Positions 56,050-64,000 of a stretch of DNA of 64,000 nt are shown here, one piece after another. Both the position numbers and the translations under genes were made by a program. The stretch's first letter is position 1, and each line of letters begins with the position of its first letter. The stretch lies in NCBI GenBank assembly GCA_965237955.1, contig OZ250169.1, forward strand, positions 5,344,001-5,408,000, given 5' to 3'. The DNA comes from Candidatus Marinacidobacterales bacterium (GTDB taxonomy: Bacteria > Acidobacteriota > Vicinamibacteria > Marinacidobacterales > SMYC01). The notes beneath the pieces were generated by a model. That model was not told the DNA's origin and did no database searches. It was given only the letters and a program-made list of their open reading frames with translations.

Positions 56050-56268
56050 GGGGAGCATAAAAATCCGGGGGCAGACGGACGGTATCGAGTCTAGAATCTC
56101 ACGAGAGGTCCTTGATCCACGCTTCGATTGGGGAGTTTTTGGGCTGACCAGCAGTTCTTCTACGGTGCTTCGCGCGGGCTGACCTGTCAGTAATCCGTTG
56201 TTGGCAGCCAGCTTCTAGCCGCTGCGGTCTGGGAGCAAGAAGTTTGCCCCCACATTTTTATGCTCGCC
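56050..56268. mobile_element. MITE-C, 219 bp with 27-bp terminal inverted repeats
   Basis: GGGGAGCATAAAAATCCGGGGGCAGAC vs reverse complement of right end GGCGAGCATAAAAATGTGGGGGCAAAC (23/27). Confidence 0.7.
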
Positions 56269-56313
56269 TACTGGCAGGCGTTCTTCCATGCTCATGAGTG
56301 ACCTTGCCACGGC

Positions 56314-56428
56314 GTATAACCGACCACTGGAGCAGACGGCCCGGCGGGCCGCTGCTTGGCCAGAACGAAAAAAGCTAGAATGCTTCGGACTCACGTCGTC
56401 GGGCCGCAGCTCAGCGGCGACGTTATAC
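56314..56428 (+). other. Integron attC site
   Basis: R'' GTATAAC, L'' ACTGGAGC, stem GGCCCGGCG/CGTCGGGCC, L' GCTCAGC, R' GTTATAC. Confidence 0.8.
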
Positions 56429-56491
56429 CGGACACGTCTGGCAGTCTTGCTTAGACGCCTTATATCGATAGCGCATCGTGCCATGGCTTTC

Positions 56492-57936
56492 GGAGATGCC
56501 CCTGAGATAGTTGAAGGTTAGGAGTGGCGGCTCCTAAGGCCGGGTTCGATAGAATCCGGCTGTGAAGGAAAAAGAAAGGAGCCACCACGATGGTCAAATT
56601 ACCAAATCATCGATGCGAAGAACAGGAAGAAGCTTCGAGAGATACTGAGCTCGAAGGGGCAAGCTCTGTTGCCGTTCTTGGATGCGATTGAGCGAACCGA
56701 GATAGCGATCGACGAAGTGATCGACGTTGCTGGCCGAGCGACGATCGAAGCGGTCTTGGATCTGTCAGCCCAAAGTGTGGCTGGGGAGAAACACCCGGGG
56801 AAGAAGGGTAGCGATGTTCGCTGGCACGGCCGGCAGGGTGGCGTAGTAAGCCTTGCGGAGCGGAAGTTGAGAGTGAGCCGGCCACGTCTGCGGCGTAAGG
56901 GAAAGGCAGAGGGAGGGGAGGTTGCGATTCCTGCCTACGAAGCGGTGAACAACTCGTCTCGGCTGAGCCAACGCATCTGGGAAATCCTGATGCTGGGTGT
57001 GTCGACGCGCAAGTACGCGTCGGTTCTTCCCGAGATGGCGGAGACGGTAGGGGTTAGCAAGAGCGAGGTGAGCCGTGAGTTCGTGGAAGCAAGCGCGGAG
57101 CAGTTGCAGGGGCTGATGGAGCGTCCGCTGGACGAGCTGGAGATCGCGGTCGTGTACCTGGACGGGATTCGCTTCGGCGAGCACCACGCGCTGGCGGCAA
57201 TCGGCGTAGATACAGAGGGATACAAGCATGTTCTGGGGCTTCGGGATGGAGCATCGGAGAACCAGATAGTGTGCAAGGCGCTGCTGGAGGACCTGGTCGA
57301 ACGAGGCCTGAGCCCAGAGCGGTGTCGGCTGTTCGTGATCGATGGCTCCAAGGCGCTACGGGTCGCCGTCGACGCTGTGTTCGGTACCCACAACAAGGTC
57401 CAGCGTTGCAGGAAGCACAAGGAGCGCAATGTGCTCGGTTATCTGCCGCAGGAGCTGAAGCCGCAAGTGCAAGCGAGCCTGCGTTCGGCCTGGCAGCTCC
57501 CAGCAAAGAAGGGCAAAGCGCGGTTGGAGCAACAGGCGAAGTGGCTCGAGGACGACTACCCCTCGGCGGCGGAGAGCATCCGGGAGGGGCTCGACGAGAT
57601 GTTCACCATCAACGAGCTCGACCTCCCCGCATCTCTGAAACGCTGCCTTGGATCGACGAACATCATCGAGTCGTGCTTCAGCGGTGCGCGAGGTCGTACC
57701 CGTCGCGTCACCCGCTGGCGCAATGGCAAGATGGTTCTGAGATGGGCCGCTTCGGCTCTGCTCGCCACGGAGAAAAATTTCCGTCGTATCATTGGATACC
57801 AATCGCTACCGATCCTCGAAGCGAAGTTAGCGGAGGTCACTGAGAATCAAGCGCTCGACAAGCACGCCAAAGTCGGGTAAACCATGTGTCAGGAGCCGCC
57901 ACCACCTCGAACCTTCAACTATGGTGGGGCACCTCC
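56492..57936 (+). mobile_element. IS256-family element (type 2, copy 2); extra G after the start codon frameshifts the transposase
   Basis: Near-identical to 13755-15199 in opposite orientation; ATGGTCAAAT vs ATGTCAAAT; no target duplication. Confidence 0.95.
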
Positions 57937-58233
57937 CCTGCGGGCATCGCGCTCATGCAGATCAAGACTGCAACCAGCGAGGAGCCTAAGTGTAGAGAAG
58001 AGATTTCGCAAGGAGGTATCATTGGATACCAATCGCTACCGATCCTCGAAGCGAAGTTAGCGGAGGTCACTGAGAATCAAGCGCTCGACAAGCACGCCAA
58101 AGTCGGGTAAACCATGTGTCAGGAGCCGCCACCACCTCGAACCTTCAACTATGGTGGGGCACCTCCCCTGCGGGCATCGCGCTCATGCAGATCAAGACTG
58201 CAACCAGCGAGGAGCCTAAGTGTAGAGAAGAGA
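57786..58233 (+). repeat. 218-bp direct duplication (57786-58003, 58016-58233) of the IS256 3' end plus flank
   Basis: Matching copies separated by TTTCGCAAGGAG. Confidence 0.92.
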
Positions 58234-58310
58234 CAATGTGGACTCACGCGTCTCCGACCCGACAATTCCCCATTGCGCCTCTACAATGTTTTGGAACTCC
58301 CGGCCTGCTA

Positions 58311-58428
58311 GTCCACTGGATCTTTGATTACTATACAAAGTTAGGCTTTTCGCCAGCCCATAAGATTCATGCACTTAGAATGGTTTCGGCAAGCTCTGCT
58401 TTATCTAGTTTGTTCTGATACAGGGGAC
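58311..58428. mobile_element. MITE-A copy 2 (118 bp)
   Basis: CTAG at both ends; matches 24591-24717. Confidence 0.9.
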
Positions 58429-58571
58429 TAGGGTTTCATCACTTAATTGTAAGCCAGATGATCTGGCGTCGGTCGGAGCCTGGGTAACGAGTGACCCGCA
58501 CTGACCAGCCAGGATGGGGCGGAACAGTCCTCGCTTTCGTCCGACATAGATGACAATGGCAAGGCAGAGCT

Positions 58572-58649
58572 GTATAACTTCAGCTGGAGCCGACGGCCGG
58601 CACGTACGGTCTTCAACGAAGCCGCCCGCAGCTCAGCAGCTCGTTATTT
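58572..58649 (+). other. Integron attC site
   Basis: GTATAAC-ttca-GCTGGAGC...GCTCAGC-agctc-GTTATTT. Confidence 0.7.
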
Positions 58650-58686
58650 GGATGCTGTCCCTGTCAGGTGCGGTCAGGCGAGCGAA

Positions 58687-59184
58687 TTATTTCCGCTGGG
58701 TCGGCAAAGTCAGGCGATCGCCGACGGGTAGCTGGGACCATTCAGAACGACGCAGGCTGCGACGCTCGAGCTCTTCGTAGTCACTGGCGAGTAGCTCTTC
58801 GGGATCCCGATCAAAGGTGTTGCGGTGTCCTCGACCCCGGCGGAAGGCCCGAACGGTGCGGACGGGGCAAAAGATCAGGCCGAGGCTCATGAAGATGATG
58901 CGGTCGATCCAGTACAGAACATACCAGCCGCAGCCTCCGCTACTCAGCTCCCAGGCGGCAATCTCCAGCTCTCCTCGCCAATCCGTTTCGTACCCGCTGA
59001 GGACATGGTGAATGTCGTGAAGCATCAGCGACTTTTTGAAGCCGTAGATGGGAAGCACGGGGACGAGATGCCCCCACAAGTGCACTTTGATCCAGTTGCC
59101 CCGATAGAGCTCGTTGCGAGGTGTATCCGGCTTCACGAACCCACGCTCGACTAAATACGCCCGCAAAGCTTCTTCTGTCGTCAT
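58687..59184 (-). CDS. Hypothetical protein with a Coq4-like HDxxH..E metal motif
   Basis: HDIHHVLSGYETDWRGE; AGGAG upstream. Confidence 0.65.
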   Translation of the reverse strand: MTTEEALRAYLVERGFVKPDTPRNELYRGNWIKVHLWGHLVPVLPIYGFKKSLMLHDIHHVLSGYETDWRGELEIAAWELSSGGCGWYVLYWIDRIIFMSLGLIFCPVRTVRAFRRGRGHRNTFDRDPEELLASDYEELERRSLRRSEWSQLPVGDRLTLPTQRK

Positions 59185-59220
59185 CGATCCGTCGTCCACT
59201 CCTGCCAAATGGCTAGCTAT

Positions 59221-59470
59221 CTATCGCTGCCCCTTTGCTGATTCGATCTGTTCTTCTTGCAGCCCTTGTGAATGAGCTGCGAAGATGATTCGACCATCGC
59301 GATCGATGAGGAATGTACGCGGGATCGAGCTGATCCCGTGGGGCTTTGCGACGATCCCGTCCCAATTTCCTTCCCCAAACAGGACACAGAAGTTGTACTC
59401 GCCCTCGTCGAGATAGCTCAGAACTTCGGGAATCTTCCCCTCGATGTTGGTCCCGAAGAGCTGACGCTCC
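59221..59470 (-). pseudogene. TlpA/thioredoxin-like C-terminal fragment
   Basis: GISSIPRTFLIDRDGRI; no CxxC N-terminus. Confidence 0.6.
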
Positions 59471-59679
59471 CTCACCACCCGTCTGGGCTCATCGACGTGG
59501 GACGAGCGGGCCGGGCCGCGGGTGACTTCTGCTTCCGTGATCACACGGACCCTGGTGCCGACGCGGCGACGGCCGGCACGACGACGAGTAGCACACTTGT
59601 CGTGAACCGAAACACTCTAAACTCCAGTTTGTGGGGGTCACTGTCATTGTAACAGGGAGTCGTCGCGAGCGCGGACGTA

Positions 59680-59890
59680 GCTACTAGGACCCGATCCGCC
59701 CTCTCGGAAGCTCCCTCTCACTTCCCGGCATCCACCGGTTATAGAGAGGGTCTTTGCCCTGCGGCCGCCGCCGAGAGGTTCCCCGCTTTGGACCGACGCT
59801 CCTTCCACACGTGCCACCACCCGTACGTCGACCGGTTGGACCATCGTCTTTACAGGCTGCGACCATTGCCACCTTACAGGGGTAGCAAGG
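59680..59890 (-). ncRNA. Probable group II intron internal fragment (domain I-III region)
   Basis: Minus strand GTGGCACGTGTGGAAGG..GGGGAACCTC..CTATAACC..GGGAAG..GGCGGATCGGGTCCTAGTAGC; no 5' GUGYG, RT or domain V seen. Confidence 0.45.
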
Positions 59891-59908
59891 AGCTCGATCA
59901 CTCGCCGG

Positions 59909-61974
59909 TTAGGGCTGATCGGTCGTGGCCGTGCCCGGTCCACCGTCGCGGTAGCGCTCGAACCAGGCGAGGATGTTCGCTACCTTCGCGATGAGCTGGC
60001 TCGGCCGCGCGACGATGTTGTGGGATGCTCCAGGGATGCGCACGAGGGCGGTGTCGACCCGGCGCAGCAGCAGCGCGTGGAAGAACTGCTCCGACTCCGA
60101 CAACGGTGTGCGCAAGTCCGCGTCGCCCGTCAGAAGAAGCGTCGGTGTCTCCACATTGCCCACCAGGGAGATGGGCGAGAACTTCATGTAGGTCTCGGGG
60201 TTCTCCCAGGGTGAGCCGGGGAAGCGATAGTTGTGGTAGCCGTAGTAGTTGTCCGCGACCAGAACCTTGCTGTACCAGTTGATGACCGGTTTGGCCGCTA
60301 CCGCGGCGGTGAAGCGGTTCGTCTTGCCCACGATCCAAGCCGTGAGGATTCCGCCCGCGCTCCCACCCGTGACGAACAGGTTGCGCTCGTCGATATATCC
60401 CTTGACGATCACCGCGTCGACACCCGAAATCACGTCGTCGTAATCCTCGCCCGGATAGTTGTGGTAGAGAAGATCGCCAAACTCTCCGCCGTAACTCGTG
60501 CTTCCGCGCGGGTTGGTGTACAGGACGACATAGCCCGCGCTGGCGTAGAGCTGTATCTCCGCGGAGAAACGATCGCCGTAGTTCGAGATGGGGCCGCCGT
60601 GGATCTCGAGAATCAGCGGGTACTTCTTCTGCGGCTCGAAGTCGGGCGGCTTGACGATCCAGCCTTGTATCTTCCGTCCGTCGAAGGATGAGTCGAACCA
60701 GATTTCTTCTACCGCCCCGACTGTCTTGTGCTCCAGCAGGTCGTCAGCGCGGTGAGCTGCTCGATGCGCGAACCACTGAGCGTTCCCAGCGCGACGTCGC
60801 CGGGCCGCTCCGGCCGCGTGAGCGTGAAAGTAAAAGCACCGTCGTCCGCCACAGAGAACGAGCCGCCACCGTACGGACGACCGTAAGAGGTACCGCCGAG
60901 ATCGTTTGCAAGAACTCGCACTTCACCATCCCGCGTGACGTGGGCGAGCTTCGTGTTGCCTTCGCTGTCGTACTTGAAGAACAGTCCGCGGCCGTCGCTC
61001 GACCAGGCCGGATTGGAAGCGCTTCTGTCGAGCGATTCGGTGAGACGACGTTTATTCGAGCCGTCGATGTTCATGATGTAGAGCTCGGTCACCTGATAGG
61101 TTCGGATCTTGTCGTCGTAGCTGAGGTAAGCGACGGTGTTCCCGTCCGGCGAGACCACCGGGCTGTGGTCGTGGCCGTTTCTGTCGGTCAGCGCCTGAAT
61201 CTCTCCGCTGTCGAGCGAGACCGCATAGATCTCCTAGTTTTTGAACTCGTACTCCCAGTCCTCGTTCCGGTTCGCCGAGAAGACGAGCGTCTTGCTGTCC
61301 GGTGTCCACGAGGGAGCGTTGCGATGGTGGAACTCGCCCGTCGTGACTTGCCTTGCTGTGCCTCCAGAGACGGGGATAACAAAGAAGTGATTGAATCCAT
61401 GGGGAAGATACCCGCTACCGTCCGCTCGGTTGCGGACTCGCTCGATGAGCTTGGGCGGATCGGCCCACTCGGCTCCCTTTGGTTTTGCCGGAAGCTTGGC
61501 GAGAGAAGGCTCCGGCTCGGGCACGAGCATGGAAAAGGCAATGTGCTTACCGTCCGGAGACCAGGTGATTTGCCAGGGCGATTCGAGCACCTGCGTCAAA
61601 ACCGCCGTTTGGCCCGTGTCCATCCAGCGCAGGAAAATCTGGGTCTTGCCTTCTTCTTGGGACAGGTAGGCGAGCATGGAGCCGTCGGGTGACCAGCGCG
61701 GTGAAGACTCACGACCGGAGCTAGTCGTCAGCTTGCGATGGTTGCTGCTGTCGGCGTCTACAATCCATAGCTCGTTTCGTCGACGGTCCTCCATGATATC
61801 CATCGAGTTGCGCTCGTAGACGACACGCTTTCCGTCGGGCGAGATTTGCGGATCCGAGGCAAACTCTAGCTGAAAAACGTCCATCATCTCGAAGTGGTTG
61901 GACTGTGCCAGGGCCACAGCCGTCCAAGCCAGAAACGCCGGCAGAAACGCAGACAACACGGATTTCGATTTCAT
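59909..61974 (-). pseudogene. S9-family (acylaminoacyl/dipeptidyl) peptidase with an in-frame TAG (61234) and a frameshift near 60740
   Basis: Signal peptide, SPDG propeller repeats, EIHGGP, NPRGSTSYG, GGSAGG, DLRTP, ASH. Confidence 0.9.
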
Positions 61975-62193
61975 CGCCAACCCCCAGGATTACGTATGGC
62001 GCGATTGTATACCCCCCCAAGACTCAAGACACGTACCACCCTTTTGTTTCGACGGGCGTTCCGCCAGTGTCTCACCCTCCACCAACTCCATCGCGGGTGC
62101 TTCCGCCATCAACTGTTGCTACGCTGCCAGAGGCATTTCCGGGTTCGTGGCGGCTGGCGGCCTGTGCGAGTTGGCGAACACCAGCGCGTCGCT

Positions 62194-62465
62194 TCACGAC
62201 AATAATGGCATCAGCGTCGACGCGAAGATTTCCCTGAATGTCAGCCGCCGTGTGGTAAGTCCAGCCTGCATCGCCGGAGTTCGGATCTCGCGCCCGAACC
62301 TCAGAGTTCCGTGCGGCCGGATGAAATTGTAATAGCAACGCAGCAACTCCAGGTGCTCTTCGAGCCTCTCCTTTGAGCGAGCGTGGCAGAGCGTTTTCCT
62401 CGCGAGATATGGTTTGCCGAATGGTCAGATTCAGGCGCTTGATGAACGAGGTGTTCAATGTCGAG
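62194..62465 (-). pseudogene. IS1-family transposase C-terminal remnant
   Basis: NTSFIKRLNLTIR..YYNFIRPHGTLR..RTPAMQAGL. Confidence 0.75.
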
Positions 62466-62586
62466 GAGTGTTAGGGCCTGACCGCCAACAGTTCATCGCG
62501 GAAGCACCGCCGGACTAATAATGATGAGCCACAACTTACAACTCAGCCGATCTGGTCACGGGACGGATCGTGTGCCGGTCTCTCAC

Positions 62587-62808
62587 TCATGTGATGGCCG
62601 TCGAGGTGAGCTTCGGTCCACCGTTCGAGGTTTCGGCCCCAAAGCCGCTCGTCGAGGACACGTTCTGGAACGCCGCGGGTGGCACGTACTACGACGTCAT
62701 GCCTGACGGAAAGCTCGTCATGCTGGAGGCCGAAGGCGCGCGAGGGGGCTTACGTGAACGTCGTTGTCAATTGGTTCGAAGAGCTCGAAGCGCGCGTGCC
62801 GCGATGAT
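62587..62808 (+). pseudogene. Second Ser/Thr kinase beta-propeller C-terminal fragment
   Basis: VMAVEV..YYDVMPDG..YVNVVVNWFEELEARVPR*. Confidence 0.65.
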
Positions 62809-63422
62809 CACACCGCAGCCCAGCGCTCGCGGATCCAGGCAGGACGATGCGCGATCGTGTTGCCTTTCGACAGCCGGTCGCGCAGGTAGCCGACGATGAA
62901 CTCGTCGAGCTGCTCCTCGGTGTCCTGGTCGAGCTCATGGAACCGTAGCCCCATTCCGCGCTGATCCACGCTTCGCCCGGCGGTCCACACGACGTCGACC
63001 GGTGTTTCGAAAAGGTGCTCGTAACTTCCGCCTAGATTCGGCATGTAGAGCGTCAGCGGATCTTCTGGCTCGAGTGCTACGTCGGAGCTCACGTACAGGC
63101 CCCCGCAGCTCATGTTCACCGAGCGCGCTGGAGCGTACGTGTCCCCGTGGCAGAAGAACACGTTCAACTCGGTAGGAATGCGCAACCGAGAACGGTTCTG
63201 GAGACGTGTCACGATCTCCTTGCGATCGAATCGATCGCCGCTCGGCACCTTGTTCGAAGCGCGAGAGATCAGGAGGTTATCGTAAAACCCCTTCAGCTCA
63301 TTCCAACGTTGTTCCGACTGAACAGGCAAGCTGCCCCAAGATTCGATCTTCGCTTGGTTCAGCTCGCAGAATTCTTGGACTAGATCGAGCTCGCTTCTCA
63401 TAGTCCTTAGATGGTCGCGCAC
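62808..63422 (-). CDS. PilZ-domain protein with N-terminal helical extension
   Basis: RSRLR, NMSCGG, GMGLRF. Confidence 0.75.
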   Translation of the reverse strand: MRDHLRTMRSELDLVQEFCELNQAKIESWGSLPVQSEQRWNELKGFYDNLLISRASNKVPSGDRFDRKEIVTRLQNRSRLRIPTELNVFFCHGDTYAPARSVNMSCGGLYVSSDVALEPEDPLTLYMPNLGGSYEHLFETPVDVVWTAGRSVDQRGMGLRFHELDQDTEEQLDEFIVGYLRDRLSKGNTIAHRPAWIRERWAAV

Positions 63423-63499
63423 GGCGAGAAAATGTGCGGTGATACAAGCTGTGGGCTTACGCCTATCGGTGGTTGGGGTCGGTTCCCCGCGGCGAGGGG

Positions 63500-63645
63500 T
63501 TAAAGCAACGCTGCCGCGGCTACGAACAGAAGCGTAGAAATCGATGCAACTACCAGAGCATAGGGGAGTTGCGTGTTCACATGGTCGATGTGGTCGGACC
63601 CTGCCGCGAGCGAAGCGACGAGGGTGGTGTCGGAGATCGGAACGC
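63500..63645 (-). pseudogene. NhaC-family antiporter C-terminal fragment
   Basis: PISDTTLVAS..DHIDHVNTQLPYA. Confidence 0.75.
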
Positions 63646-64000
63646 CGTTCTCGCCGTCCTTCACGAGAACCACACCGCCGCCTCTTTCCGGGCTGCCGTG
63701 TGTCCAGGTTCCCGTGAGTGACTCCAACGAAGCCGCTGCCAGGATGCGAGTATGAACAGTAGCGCTGCCATTGGGTTCGATCTATTCCGGTTCAGCTTGT
63801 CTTTGGTCCTGACATAGTCGATGGTCCCCGTCAGGCTCCAATTCCATGATGCCGTATGGCGCGGAGAAACGCACTTGCAGATCTCGGAAGTTCGCGATTT
63901 ATCTTCTGCGATGCAACTCTCTGTCCAGACGTTTCAGTGAAGTGAACAGCGTTCCACCGGTTCGGTACCTGTTCGAAAGGCTTCTCTCTGCGGTTTCGGG

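Noticed and set aside
13755-57936. Inversion or composite transposon bounded by the two inverted IS256 copies
   Set aside because: Copy 1 keeps its own 8-bp duplication on both sides and the MITE it interrupts is continuous, so no exchange between the copies is evident
52340-61236. Stop-codon recoding of the in-frame TAA (52340) and TAG (61234)
   Set aside because: Both genes also carry frameshifts and TAA/TAG end normal genes here; simple nonsense mutation is more likely
1-64000. All frameshifts being sequencing error
   Set aside because: The 20-kb core block is nearly free of them while the flanks also show nonsense codons, deletions and IS insertions; individual homopolymer indels (12631, 25612, 27060) could still be errors

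Overview
High-GC bacterial window; Acidobacteriota is a tentative guess from the Ser/Thr-kinase beta-propeller tail fragments and the amidohydrolase/peptidase repertoire. It has two regimes. (1) An almost intact core block at ~30.7-51.3 kb: PilZ protein, form II-type coxSLM-DEF molybdenum hydroxylase cluster, transglutaminase, membrane protein, AttE/F/H-like ABC-lipocalin module, PuuD-like protein, mtgA, acyl-CoA dehydrogenase, meaB, mce, mtnP, PfkB kinase and tRNA-Val(CAC). (2) Heavily eroded flanks with many IS elements (IS630, three IS256-family copies of two types, IS110, ISAzo13, two integrase-core elements, IS5/IS1/Tn3 remnants), three MITE types, attC sites with no integrase in the window, a probable group II intron fragment, and pseudogenes broken by insertions, stops, frameshifts and internal deletions. 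The best leads are a GH78 rhamnosidase that appears to have captured the start and twin-Arg leader of an IorB-like gene, a DUF222-like/HNH gene with its own consensus promoter and structured flanks, IS630-related MITEs inserting at (C)TAG sites, an IS110 with a candidate bridge-RNA region, a shredded integron cassette array, and a triple-amidohydrolase fusion. No clear-cut novel system can be proven from the sequence alone. All family calls come from motif recognition, not database searches.
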